Shown here: in pieces, positions 1 through 9,681 of the stretch
Layout of the letters: every line of letters begins with the position of its first letter
How positions within the stretch are numbered: position 1 is the stretch's first letter
Origin: Minisyncoccota bacterium
GTDB taxonomy: Bacteria; Patescibacteriota; Minisyncoccia; UBA6257
Direction: 5' to 3'
Assembly: GCA_028695015.1 (NCBI GenBank)
Contig: JAQVJR010000001.1
Coordinates: forward strand, 100,422 to 164,421
DNA length: 64,000 bases
Made by a program: the position numbers and the translations under genes
The notes under the pieces: generated by a model
What the model was told of the DNA's origin: nothing
Seen by the model: only the letters and a program-made list of their open reading frames with translations
Databases searched by the model: none

Positions 1-1008
1 AATTACCCGTGCTGCATTATGTATTTCTACTAAAGACATATCTTTAGTTCCAGCTACATTAAACAAAATTTTTCTAGCCCCTTCTATTGTAATATCTAAT
101 AAAGGTGATGAAATAGCCATTTCTGCTGCTTTTTTAGCTCGGTCTTGACCTTTAGCAACACCAATACCTAATAAAGCACTTCCAGTTTCAGTTAAGGTTG
201 TTCTAATATTAGCAAAATCTAGATTAATTAAACCTGGATAAGAAATTAAATTAACCACAGCTTCAACTCCTTGCTTTAAAATATCATCAATTTTACTAAA
301 CGCTTCTAGAATTGGCGTTTCTTCATTAATAATATTAAAAATTCTATCATTAGGAATAGTAATCAAAGCATCAACTTCATTAAAAAGTTTTTGCCAAGCT
401 TCTTCAGCAATTTCAGCCCTCTTTTCTCCTTCAAAAATAAAAGGCTTAGTCACTACTCCAATTACTAAAGCTCCTGTCTGTTTTGCTAAATTAGCAACAA
501 TAGGCGCTGCACCAGATCCTGTACCACCACCTAGTCCACATGTTAAGAAAATCATATCTGCACCCTGGACTACCTGATTAATTTCTTCTAGGTTTTCTTC
601 TGCTGCCTCTTTGCCCTTTGTTGGATCCATCCCTGCACCTAATCCCCGACAAGCTTCTTTACCAATTTGAATCTTAATATCTGCTTTGGTATATTGCAAT
701 CCTTGAAAATCTGTATTAATAGCAGTAAATTCTACACCAAGGAATTTTTTATCTTTCATTCGAGATACTACATTACCTCCAGCACCACCAACTCCAATAA
801 TTTTAACATTAACTTTTTTTCTTAAAGAATCTGATTTTTCTTGTTTTGGTTTTAATCTTCTTGTCTTTGTTTTTTTCTTTAAAACCTTTTTTGCCTTTAA
901 TGGCTTCCTTGTCTTTAATGTCTTTTGTGTTTTTAATACTTTTCTTTTTTTAGGAATACTTTTCAATTCTTTTTTCTTCTGATTCTTTTTTATTTTCTTT
1001 TTCTTCAT
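1..1008 (-). CDS. ftsZ: Cell division GTPase FtsZ, truncated at the window edge (C-terminal part lies outside). It carries a ~60-aa lysine-rich N-terminal extension.
   Basis: Minus-strand translation gives ...VKIIGVGGAGGNVVSRM...GVEFTAINTD...GLGGGTGSGAAPIVANLAKQ..., i.e. the tubulin/FtsZ signature GGGTGSG. It sits directly downstream of ftsA, with ATG at 1008-1006. It is absent from the ORF track because no stop lies within the window. Confidence 0.9.
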   Translation of the reverse strand, partial: MKKKKIKKNQKKKELKSIPKKRKVLKTQKTLKTRKPLKAKKVLKKKTKTRRLKPKQEKSDSLRKKVNVKIIGVGGAGGNVVSRMKDKKFLGVEFTAINTDFQGLQYTKADIKIQIGKEACRGLGAGMDPTKGKEAAEENLEEINQVVQGADMIFLTCGLGGGTGSGAAPIVANLAKQTGALVIGVVTKPFIFEGEKRAEIAEEAWQKLFNEVDALITIPNDRIFNIINEETPILEAFSKIDDILKQGVEAVVNLISYPGLINLDFANIRTTLTETGSALLGIGVAKGQDRAKKAAEMAISSPLLDITIEGARKILFNVAGTKDMSLVEIHNAARVI

Positions 1009-1021
1009 ATTAAAAAATTAA

Positions 1022-2239
1022 TTAAATTGAAAAAATATTTTTAAAAAAACGAAACGCTTTTCCTAAAACCCCATCTTCTAAAGAGATAAAACCCTCTCTC
1101 TGTCCCTGGGCTCTTAGAAGCAATAACCCTAAAACTGGTATTAGGCTCAGATCAGATGTTTCTTGATACCATTCAATTTCTGGTTTTGCAAAACGCACTG
1201 GAAGCCTTAATCTTTCTTTTGCTAAATCTATTATTAAAGGCATTTTAGCTCCACCACCATAAATAACCACTCCCCCAGGTAATTTTTCAAAACGGTTAAT
1301 TTCTTTTAATCTTTTAGCCACTAAATCAAAAATTTCATCTAAGCGTGCTTCTATTATTTCTGCTAAAAATTTCCTTGTTGCTTTATCACCTGCACTATCA
1401 TCTTCATAATATGTAGCCCAATTAATATCTTGGTTTTTAGTTACTTTTCTTTTTAAAGCCAAGCCTTCATTTATCTTTATCTTTTCAGCAATATCAACAC
1501 TTGTTTTTAAACCTACAGCAATATCATTAGTTATTGCATTACCACCAACAGGAAATACTTTTAAATCTAGTATCTCATTATTCTCATAAACACAAAAACT
1601 GGTTGTGCTTGCTCCTAAATCTAAAGCTATGGCTCCTAAATCTTTATCTTGTGCTGTTAAAGCAATCTCTGCTCCAGCATAAGGAAGAATTAATTTGGGA
1701 TTAAATTTAATATTAATCATTTCTCCAAGACGGTCAATTGAATGAATATCAGGACTAAAAGCATCTATTAAAAGACATTCTGATTCAATCTTCAACCCCT
1801 TCATGCCTAAAGGATCTTTTACTTTTGCTACTCCATCTACAATATAGCTTCTTAAAGCTGCTTGAATCAAAGTCCTGTTTGGTGGTAAAGCAAAAGCTTC
1901 AGCTGCTTTATTAGCTCTTTGAATATCATCTTCCCCTATCTCTTGATCCGGCCTCGTAACCACTGCGGTTCCTTTTGAAACACGGGTTTCTAAATTAGAG
2001 CCTCCAATTCCAACTACTGCTTCTCTAAAAGCAACATTTTTCAACATTGATTCTATTTCAGCAATTAGGCTGTCTAATTCTTCAGCTACTACCTCAAGAT
2101 TATTAGGCACTCCTTCCTTAATTCCTCGTGACTTACGACTAGCTGGCAAAATAACATTTAATCCCTGAGCATTAACCTGAGCCACTAGGGCTTTTATATT
2201 TGCCGAACCTAAGTCTATAGCTAAGAAAGGATTTTTCAT
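1022..2239 (-). CDS. ftsA: Cell division protein FtsA (actin-like ATPase)
   Basis: N-terminal motif AIDLGSANIKALVA; actin-fold phosphate motifs (ALDLGASTTS, VIYGGGA); canonical ftsA-ftsZ gene order. Confidence 0.85.
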   Translation of the reverse strand: MKNPFLAIDLGSANIKALVAQVNAQGLNVILPASRKSRGIKEGVPNNLEVVAEELDSLIAEIESMLKNVAFREAVVGIGGSNLETRVSKGTAVVTRPDQEIGEDDIQRANKAAEAFALPPNRTLIQAALRSYIVDGVAKVKDPLGMKGLKIESECLLIDAFSPDIHSIDRLGEMINIKFNPKLILPYAGAEIALTAQDKDLGAIALDLGASTTSFCVYENNEILDLKVFPVGGNAITNDIAVGLKTSVDIAEKIKINEGLALKRKVTKNQDINWATYYEDDSAGDKATRKFLAEIIEARLDEIFDLVAKRLKEINRFEKLPGGVVIYGGGAKMPLIIDLAKERLRLPVRFAKPEIEWYQETSDLSLIPVLGLLLLRAQGQREGFISLEDGVLGKAFRFFKNIFSI

Positions 2240-2241
2240 AA

Positions 2242-2697
2242 TTATTTATTAAGTAAATCTATAATCTTGTTTTCTAAAATTTCCATTTTTTGCGCTTCTT
2301 TTTTCTGATTATGACTATAGCCATAAAGATGAAGCAAACTGTGAACAATTAATTTTTTATAAAAGAAAAGAACAGGGATTTTAGCTTTTTTAGCTTGATC
2401 TTCTATTTCTTGTGGACAAAGAAAAATATCACCTAAAACCTTTTCTTTTTCTAACAGCTTTAAAGGTAAATTTTCTTTAAGGGGAAAAGAAAGAACTGTT
2501 GTTGCTGTATTTTTATTACGCCAATGCTTGTTTAATTTTCGACTTGCATTAGGATCTATAAAAACCAGTGCCAAATGAATTTTATTTTTTTCTTTAAGAA
2601 AAATTAAAACTTCTTGTATTAAATCATTTAAGAATTTCCTTGAAGGAATTCTCCTCCCACTTAAATTATATATCAAAATCTCAGTTTTTAGAACCAT
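2242..2697 (-). CDS. ybeY: Endoribonuclease YbeY (rRNA maturation factor)
   Basis: Metal-binding motif HSLLHLYGYSH, matching the YbeY consensus HxxxHxxGxxH; about 150 aa. Confidence 0.8.
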   Translation of the reverse strand: MVLKTEILIYNLSGRRIPSRKFLNDLIQEVLIFLKEKNKIHLALVFIDPNASRKLNKHWRNKNTATTVLSFPLKENLPLKLLEKEKVLGDIFLCPQEIEDQAKKAKIPVLFFYKKLIVHSLLHLYGYSHNQKKEAQKMEILENKIIDLLNK

Positions 2698-2702
2698 TCA
2701 TT

Positions 2703-2918
2703 TTAAATAAGTCCCTTTTTTCTTTTTCTCTCAATTTCTTGAAGTACTTTTTGTTTATGTAAAGCTGATAATTTTAAATCTCTTTTTGTTGGTTTTGGTT
2801 TATAATATTTTCTTTTTCGTGCTTCTAATAAAATACCACTTCTTTTAATAACTCTAAAAGCGCGACTTAAAAAAGAATTTATATTCTCACCTTTTCTTCT
2901 TTTAACTGTGATTGCCAT
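2703..2918 (-). CDS. rpsU: 30S ribosomal protein S21
   Basis: Basic 71-aa protein, MAITVKRRKGENINSFLSRAFRVIKRSGILLEARKRKYY..., with an S21-like pattern. Confidence 0.8.
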   Translation of the reverse strand: MAITVKRRKGENINSFLSRAFRVIKRSGILLEARKRKYYKPKPTKRDLKLSALHKQKVLQEIERKRKKGLI

Positions 2919-2923
2919 AATTA

Positions 2924-4240
2924 TTATTTTCTATTTTTTAATCTTTTTTTTATTTCAGGAATAATTTTATCTAAAGGAATTAATTCTTGAAGCCCAGAAT
3001 CCATATCTTTTAAAATTATCATCTCATCTAGAACTTCTTGCTGACCAAACATGAAAACATATTTTACCCCTAAGCGATCAGCATTTTTTAATTGAGCTCG
3101 CAAATTACTTTTTTCTAGATTTTCCCCAATAAGGATTTTTTCTTTACGAAATTGCTCTAAAATCTTAAAAGACATTTTCTTAGCTGCCTCTCCGATATAA
3201 ACTAAGAAAACTTCTGGTTTTGTTAATTTAAATCCCTTGCCTTGCTGAATCATTTCTTCCATTAATCGCTCAACACCAAAAGCCACTCCCACACCAGGTT
3301 TCTTAACCCTGCCTACTATTTCTGCCAATTTATCATATCTGCCACCACCACCAAGGGAAACTTTGTTCTTTTCATCATCTAAACAAAATTCAAAAACAGT
3401 TCTCGTGTAATAATCTAAGCCCCTAACCAAGGTTTTATCTAAAATATAAGGGATATTTAAATACTCAAGATATTCAAGAAGAGATTTAAAATGGTTATTA
3501 CATTCAGTGCATAGATAATCGAGTATAAAAGGGGCTCCTTCTTTTACAGAATAACACTTTTCATTTTTACAATCCAATACCCTAAGAGGATTTTCTTTTA
3601 TTCGTCGGCGACAATCAGAGCAAATCTGTTTATCATTCTTTCTGTAATATTTCTTAAGCTCTCGAATATAAACTGTTCGACATTTAGAACAACCAATGCT
3701 ATTAAGAAGCAAGAAAATATCTTTTTTAGCAAAACCCAGAGATTCTAAAAAGATCTTAGAGAGCATTATAATCTTTACCTCTGAAGCAATGTCATCTTCT
3801 CCTATTATCTCTGCTCCAAACTGATAAAATTGACGATAACGTCCAGCCTGAGGTTTTTCATGACGGAAAAAAGAACCAAAATAATACAATTTTATTGGTT
3901 GAGGCAAATTAAACATTCCTTTTTCTATATAAGCTCTAACAATCGGTGCCGTGCCTTCTGGTCGTAAAGCTAAAAATTTTTGCTCTACTTTGGTTTTTAA
4001 AAGATACATTTCTTTACCAACAATTTCTGTTTTTTTACCAACTCCTTTAGTAAATAATTCTGCCTCTTCTAACAAAGGAGTTTCTATTCTCTTAAAGCCA
4101 TAAAATTCAAAAATCTTTTTAGCATTTTGTAATATAAAATCATAATACAGCCAGTCTTCAGCTAAAATATCTTTCATTCCCCTAAGGGTTTGAAAAGATT
4201 GTTTTTTGGTTTTTTGAGTTAATTCTTTTTCAGATGCCAT
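2924..4240 (-). CDS. hisS: Histidyl-tRNA synthetase; the likely start is the internal Met (MASEK...), while the ORF track extends it to 4288.
   Basis: QSFQTLRGMKDIL (motif 1 region); LRPEGTAPIVRAY; FRHEKPQAGRYRQFYQFGAEIIG (class II motif 2); RGLDYYTRTVFEF. The insertion region contains four CxxC pairs. Confidence 0.9.
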   Translation of the reverse strand: MASEKELTQKTKKQSFQTLRGMKDILAEDWLYYDFILQNAKKIFEFYGFKRIETPLLEEAELFTKGVGKKTEIVGKEMYLLKTKVEQKFLALRPEGTAPIVRAYIEKGMFNLPQPIKLYYFGSFFRHEKPQAGRYRQFYQFGAEIIGEDDIASEVKIIMLSKIFLESLGFAKKDIFLLLNSIGCSKCRTVYIRELKKYYRKNDKQICSDCRRRIKENPLRVLDCKNEKCYSVKEGAPFILDYLCTECNNHFKSLLEYLEYLNIPYILDKTLVRGLDYYTRTVFEFCLDDEKNKVSLGGGGRYDKLAEIVGRVKKPGVGVAFGVERLMEEMIQQGKGFKLTKPEVFLVYIGEAAKKMSFKILEQFRKEKILIGENLEKSNLRAQLKNADRLGVKYVFMFGQQEVLDEMIILKDMDSGLQELIPLDKIIPEIKKRLKNRK

Positions 4241-4760
4241 ATGCTTCAATTTTCTTAAAAGGCCATAAGCGAAGCCAAACCCGACCAATGATTAAATTTC
4301 TCTCTACTGGCCCCCAATTCCGAGAATCATAAGAGGCCAAACGATTGTCTCCTAATACAAAAAATTGATTATTAGCTAGAGTTAATTTTAAATTCCCTGA
4401 AGTTCTTAATCCATTAGGTAAAAAATCTTGCTCTAAAAGAAAAGAATCTTTTAAAGGAGGTGATATTTCTATCTGACCATCATCTATACTAATAGTTTCT
4501 CCTGGCAAGCCAATAATTCTCTTAATATAGTATTGATTTTTATGATTAGGGGCTTTAAAAACTACCACCTCATATCTTTGCGGATCACGAAAACGATAAG
4601 TTAATTCATCGATAATTAAATAATCCTGCGTGTAAAAATTAGGCTCCATGCTGCTCCCATGAACTATAAAAGGCTGAATTAAAAAATATCTTATAGGCGC
4701 CACTATAAGAATTGCGATAAAAATCATTTCTAAATTTTCCCAAAGAATTTTTCGCCACAT
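4230..4760 (-). CDS. lepB: Signal peptidase I
   Basis: N-terminal TM segment; S-box GSSMEP; K-box YIKRIIGLPGE; GDNR motif. Confidence 0.85.
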   Translation of the reverse strand: MWRKILWENLEMIFIAILIVAPIRYFLIQPFIVHGSSMEPNFYTQDYLIIDELTYRFRDPQRYEVVVFKAPNHKNQYYIKRIIGLPGETISIDDGQIEISPPLKDSFLLEQDFLPNGLRTSGNLKLTLANNQFFVLGDNRLASYDSRNWGPVERNLIIGRVWLRLWPFKKIEAYGI

Positions 4761-4817
4761 ATCTAAAAAATAATATCACAATTGAACTCTGAAAGCAAAT
4801 GTGATAAATTGTTTAAA

Positions 4818-5825
4818 ATGAGCTTTTTTTCTAAAAAAAATTTATTAATTATTTTAATTACCGGCTTATTCTTCGGGCTATTTTTTTTGCTATTAAACCA
4901 ATCCCAACCAAAAGAATATCTCTTTTCTTACAATTCTTACAATAATTCTAATATTCAAGAGTCAGTAAAGACAAAAAGCTCTTCTCTTAATATCCTCTTT
5001 TTAGGAATTGTTGGTGAAGGCTCTAGAGGGCAATTTGCTACTGATACTATTCTAGTAGCCCATCTTGATTTTTCTAATAAAAAAATTGCCCTAATCTCTA
5101 TTCCCCGTGACCTCTGGGTTAAAATTCCTAATTCCTCACAAGAAACCAAAGTTAATGGACTTTATGCAATGGAAAACAGAGGTAAAAGATTTTCCCAAGC
5201 AACTAAATCAAGTTTGATCACGCAAAAAGCAGAAGAAATAACTGGATTAAAGATAAGCCAAACTATTATCTTAGAATTAGAAGGATTTGGTAAATTAATA
5301 GATGCTATTGGTGGTATTGATATTTGGTTAGAAACTGATGTTTATGATCCTTTATTAATTAATCCTCATAAACCAACTGAGATTTTCCATTTAGCTGCTG
5401 GCTGGCGTCATTTAGATGGAGATATGGCAATTAAATTTGTTCGTAGCCGTTATGCCCCAGAAGGAGATTTTTATCGTATGCGGCACCAACAGCAAATAAT
5501 TGCTGCTCTTAAAAATAAATTAACAAAACTAGCTGATGTTTGGAACCTAGTCACTTGGTTAAAAATTTGGCAATCACTTAACAATCATATCATTGTTGAT
5601 TTGGATTTTAATGCTCTTTGGAATATCTTTAATCTTATTAAAGATATTTCCACAGATGAAATGGAATTTCTTCAAATAACCAATCGCCCTCCAGATGAAT
5701 TATTATTTACCACTACTTATACCAGCGAATCTTTAGCTCAAGATATTTACATTTTAATTCCTCGTGAAGGTTTTGAAAAATATCAAAAAATTCAAGAATA
5801 TATCAAAGAAAAAATTTCTTCATAA
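4818..5825 (+). CDS. LytR-CpsA-Psr (LCP) family cell-envelope phosphotransferase; the start is probably at MSFFSKK.
   Basis: N-terminal TM anchor followed by NILFLGIVGEGSRGQFATDTILVAHLD...ISIPRDLWV and the RYAPEGDFYRMRHQQ motif typical of LCP domains. Confidence 0.75.
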   Translation: MSFFSKKNLLIILITGLFFGLFFLLLNQSQPKEYLFSYNSYNNSNIQESVKTKSSSLNILFLGIVGEGSRGQFATDTILVAHLDFSNKKIALISIPRDLWVKIPNSSQETKVNGLYAMENRGKRFSQATKSSLITQKAEEITGLKISQTIILELEGFGKLIDAIGGIDIWLETDVYDPLLINPHKPTEIFHLAAGWRHLDGDMAIKFVRSRYAPEGDFYRMRHQQQIIAALKNKLTKLADVWNLVTWLKIWQSLNNHIIVDLDFNALWNIFNLIKDISTDEMEFLQITNRPPDELLFTTTYTSESLAQDIYILIPREGFEKYQKIQEYIKEKISS

Positions 5826-5828
5826 AAT

Positions 5829-6453
5829 AATGACTAATATTAAACAAAAAATCCTCATTGCAGGATTAGGTAATCCAGATATTACCTTCCAAAACAACCG
5901 TCACAATACTGGTCATATTTTCCTTGATTATTTAGCTCATAAACATGCAGGTACTGAATGGAAAAATAATAAAAAATGCGCAGCTAAAATAAGCTTAATC
6001 AAGATAAATAATTGTTCAATTATTCTAGCCAAGTCTCTGGTTTTTATGAATCAATCAGGTAAAACATTGAGTTTGTTAAAAAAATTCTACCAATTACCTC
6101 TTAAGAATATTTTCATTGCTCATGATGATTCTGATATTGCCTTGGGTAGTTTTAAACTTGATTTTGGACGTGGCTCGGCAGGGCATAAAGGAGTTGAATC
6201 AATTATTCATCTTTTAAAATCCAAGAATTTTTATCGACTAAGAATCGGTATTCGTTCTCCTTCCCAGCGCCAAAAAGCTGATAAATTAGTTTTAACTAAT
6301 TTTAATTCTCAAGAAAAACAAATACTTAATAAAACTTTTCCAATTATTGAAGAACAATTGATAAATATTTGCGCTCCAAAAAATAAACAGAAAAGCGAAA
6401 AACCAAAGCCAATAAAAGACTTAAAATCAAAACATTCAACGAAAGATAACTAA
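5829..6453 (+). CDS. pth: Peptidyl-tRNA hydrolase, with a lysine-rich C-terminal tail; the start is the internal ATG at 5829.
   Basis: ILIAGLGNPDITFQNNRHNTGH... matches the Pth N-terminal consensus GLGNPGxxYxxTRHNxG. Confidence 0.85.
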
Positions 6454-7054
6454 ATAATACAAAGAATTGTAAATTAACAAGAAGCAAAATCCAAAAAGAA
6501 ATCAAATGATTAGAACAACGCACATTGGAAAATACTAAATAAAGATTAGCAAAAATCATTAATCCAGAAAAATATATTAAGAAACTTATACTAAAAAAAT
6601 AATTTAAAAAGAAATACAAACCATAAGCAATAATTATCCAGGTTAAAAACAAATAATAAAAAAGAATCTCTCGCCAATACTTTTCCATTTTTGAAGAAGC
6701 TAAATTAATTAAACAATCAAAACTCTTTCTTTCAGAGTTTTTATTTTTTTTATAGGCAAAACATTTCTGCCAAAAAAAGAATAAGAACAAGAAAATAAAT
6801 ATTATTACCCAAAAAGGTCTAAAAAAAGACTTGATAATATTAGCTTCTAAAAAAGCAAAAAAAAGAAATGCAAAATTAACCCAAGAAAGACCCAGAACAA
6901 TTTTCCACAAAACAATTATTAACAAACAAGTTAAAATTGCATAAACAAAATTAAAAGGAAAAATAGCGCTCCCAAAGAGCGCCATAATATAAAGCGTAAA
7001 AAAGAATAAAACTTTAGTTTCTACAGAACGAAGAAACTTTACTATTTTTGACAT
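6344..7054 (-). CDS. Hypothetical polytopic membrane protein with at least 6 predicted TM helices.
   Basis: A 236-aa ORF of very hydrophobic F/L/I-rich segments. Its start overlaps the clpB stop by 13 nt, which suggests co-transcription. Its 3' end overlaps the convergent pth by about 110 nt. Confidence 0.5.
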   Translation of the reverse strand: MSKIVKFLRSVETKVLFFFTLYIMALFGSAIFPFNFVYAILTCLLIIVLWKIVLGLSWVNFAFLFFAFLEANIIKSFFRPFWVIIFIFLFLFFFWQKCFAYKKNKNSERKSFDCLINLASSKMEKYWREILFYYLFLTWIIIAYGLYFFLNYFFSISFLIYFSGLMIFANLYLVFSNVRCSNHLISFWILLLVNLQFFVLFSYLSLNVLILSLLLALVFRFSVYFLERKYLSIVLQ

Positions 7055-9669
7055 AAATTAAGACTATTCTTTTTCAAATTTATTAAAAGTTTTTTATCTT
7101 CTTTTATTTCCCCAATAATCATTGCATCAGCTAAACGATCTAATATTTCTTTTTCTATTAATCTCTTTAAAGGACGCACTCCATATTCAGCACTAAATCC
7201 TTTTTGAGTTAAATATTTTTTTGCTTCTGCAGTTAATTCTAAATAAATCTTTCTATCAGCTAATCGATTGTTAATCTTTGCCATTTGCAAATCAATGATT
7301 TTCTCTATATCCCGACTATGAAGAGAATTAAAGATAATTATTTCATCAATTCGGTTTAAGAATTCTGGACGGAATTTCTCTTTTAAAGATTCATGGATTT
7401 TGGATTTTAATTCTTCTCGTTGCTCCTCTACTTTATTTTTCTTGCTAACTGTAAACCCTAAGGATGCCATTTGGTGAATATATTCTCCGCCCAAATTTGA
7501 AGTCATTATTATAATCGTGTTTTTAAAATTAACCACCCGGCCTTTACCATCAGTTAAACGACCATTATCTAAAACCTGAAGTAAGATATTAAACACTTCA
7601 GGGTGAGCTTTTTCTATTTCATCAAATAATATTAAACTATAAGGTCGGTGTTTAACCTCTTCAGTTAACTGACCTCCAGCTTCATAGCCAATATAGCCTG
7701 GAGGAGAACCTATTAAACGAGCCACACTATGTTTTTCCATGTATTCTGACATATCAACACGAATCATAGCTTTTTCATCAGAAAACATAAATTCTGCTAA
7801 AGCCTTAGCTAATTCTGTTTTTCCAACCCCTGTTGGGCCTAAAAACATAAAAGATCCCATTGGTCTTTCTTCTTCTGAAATACCAACCCTAGCTCTTTTA
7901 ATTGCCCGGCTAATAGCTTGAATAGCTTCTCCTTGACCAACAACTCTTTTAGCTAATTCCTTATCTATTCGTGCTAATTTCCTACTTTCTTCTTCTAACA
8001 TCCTTGTTACTGGGATTCCGGTCCAATTAGAAACCACCTTAGCTATATCTTCAGCCATCACTTCTTCTTTTAAGAACCTTTCTCTATTAGGTATTTTTCC
8101 TAAACTCCTTTCCTTTACTTTTAAATTCTTTTCTAATTGAGGGATTTTGCCATAAACTATCTCTGCTACTTTATCTAATTGACCTACCTTTTCATTTTCC
8201 TGAGACTCTCTTAATAACCTCTCTCTTTCTTTTTTAATATCCCCAACCTCAGTAAAGATTTTTTTCTCTTTTTGCCATTTGCTATTCAATTCTTTTAATT
8301 TTCGTTTTAATTGCCTTAATTCATTATTAATTTTAGTACTAGAAGCATCTTTAACAGATTTGGAGTTTTCTCTTTTTTTTGCTTTTTGTCTTAATTCAAG
8401 GGATTTTATTTTATTCTTTAAATCACTAATTGATGAAGGAATACTACCAATTTCTAAACTTAATACTGAAGCAGCTTCATCAACTAAATCTATAGCTTTA
8501 TCAGGTAAAAAGCGAGAAGAAATATAGCGACTAGATAATTGAACTGCTGCCTCTATAGCCTCTTCTGAAATCTTTAAACCATGATGAGCTTCATATTTCA
8601 CTTTTAACCCTCTTAAAATATCTATAGTTTCTTCTGGCGTAGGCTCTTCAACAAAAACCGGTTGGAAACGACGCTCTAAAGCTGGATCTTTTTCTATATA
8701 TTCTCTAAAATCTTTAAAAGTTGCTGCACCTATTGCTCGCAATTCCCCACGGGCTAAAGCAGGTTTTAAAAGATTTGAAGCATCAATAGCTCCTTCAGCT
8801 GCTCCAGCACCAACAAGAGTGTGAACTTCATCAATAAAGATAATAATATTACCAGCTTTTTTTATCTCTTTTAATAAATTCTTTAATCTTTCTTCAAATT
8901 CACCTCTAAACCTAGTTCCAGCAATCAAAGCGCCTAAATCTAAGGAGATTATTTTTTTATCTATTAAACTTTCAGGCACCTCTCCTGCAGCAATTAACTG
9001 AGCCAAACCTTCTATAACTGCAGTTTTACCTACTCCAGCTTCTCCAATTAAAATCGGATTGTTTTTAGTCCTTCGTGATAAAATCTGCATTACCCGTCTT
9101 AATTCTTCTTCTCTTCCAATAACTGGATCTAATTTATCTTCAGCTGCTAATTTATTCAAATCTTGTGTATATTTTTCTATAGCTGTTCCCATTTCTTGAA
9201 ATTCATCTGTTATTTTCTCCCCTTGAGAATATTCATAAAGAGCTTTCAGGAAAGAATCTTTCTTTAAATTGTATTTATTCAATAAATCTTGAGCTGAGTT
9301 TTTAGTAACCAGAATTCCATAAAACAAATACTCTGGAGAAACATATTTATTCTTATCTTCTATTGTTTTCCTAGCTGCTATCTCTATTACTTGTATTATC
9401 TCTTGAGAAAGATACATTTGTTTCAAACCATCACCAATACTAAAAATCCGAGGTAATTTAACAATCTCTTCAAGTGTATCTTGTAAAAGACCTTCAGCAT
9501 CAATCTTCATATTTTTTTCTAATATATCTCTTATCCCCGAATCAGTCTCTTCTAATAAAACATACAAAAGATGAAGAGCACGCATCTCTCCTTGGTTTCT
9601 TTCCAAAGCCATTTGTTGGGCTTTTTCTATTGCCGCTTGGGCTTTTGATGTAAATCTACCTAAAGACAT
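7042..9669 (-). CDS. clpB: Chaperone ClpB (Hsp100 disaggregase)
   Basis: Clp N-domain; two AAA+ modules with [19 protein letters not shown] and [23 protein letters not shown]; a long coiled-coil middle domain between them. Confidence 0.9.
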   Translation of the reverse strand: MSLGRFTSKAQAAIEKAQQMALERNQGEMRALHLLYVLLEETDSGIRDILEKNMKIDAEGLLQDTLEEIVKLPRIFSIGDGLKQMYLSQEIIQVIEIAARKTIEDKNKYVSPEYLFYGILVTKNSAQDLLNKYNLKKDSFLKALYEYSQGEKITDEFQEMGTAIEKYTQDLNKLAAEDKLDPVIGREEELRRVMQILSRRTKNNPILIGEAGVGKTAVIEGLAQLIAAGEVPESLIDKKIISLDLGALIAGTRFRGEFEERLKNLLKEIKKAGNIIIFIDEVHTLVGAGAAEGAIDASNLLKPALARGELRAIGAATFKDFREYIEKDPALERRFQPVFVEEPTPEETIDILRGLKVKYEAHHGLKISEEAIEAAVQLSSRYISSRFLPDKAIDLVDEAASVLSLEIGSIPSSISDLKNKIKSLELRQKAKKRENSKSVKDASSTKINNELRQLKRKLKELNSKWQKEKKIFTEVGDIKKERERLLRESQENEKVGQLDKVAEIVYGKIPQLEKNLKVKERSLGKIPNRERFLKEEVMAEDIAKVVSNWTGIPVTRMLEEESRKLARIDKELAKRVVGQGEAIQAISRAIKRARVGISEEERPMGSFMFLGPTGVGKTELAKALAEFMFSDEKAMIRVDMSEYMEKHSVARLIGSPPGYIGYEAGGQLTEEVKHRPYSLILFDEIEKAHPEVFNILLQVLDNGRLTDGKGRVVNFKNTIIIMTSNLGGEYIHQMASLGFTVSKKNKVEEQREELKSKIHESLKEKFRPEFLNRIDEIIIFNSLHSRDIEKIIDLQMAKINNRLADRKIYLELTAEAKKYLTQKGFSAEYGVRPLKRLIEKEILDRLADAMIIGEIKEDKKLLINLKKNSLNLCQK

Positions 9670-9681
9670 ATTTAATAATTT

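Noticed and set aside
840-1008. The lysine-rich FtsZ N-terminus as mere translation of an AT/purine-rich spacer
   Set aside because: I considered this, but there is no alternative ATG before the conserved core and only 13 nt separate the ftsA stop from this ATG. I kept it as a real, though unusual, extension with moderate confidence.
4955-5149. Minus-strand 64-aa ORF inside the LCP gene
   Set aside because: It is embedded antisense to a gene with a clear LCP domain match.
7739-8527. Short plus-strand ORFs (7739-7921, 8279-8527) inside clpB
   Set aside because: They are fully embedded antisense in a well-supported long gene and have low-complexity translations; they are shadow ORFs.
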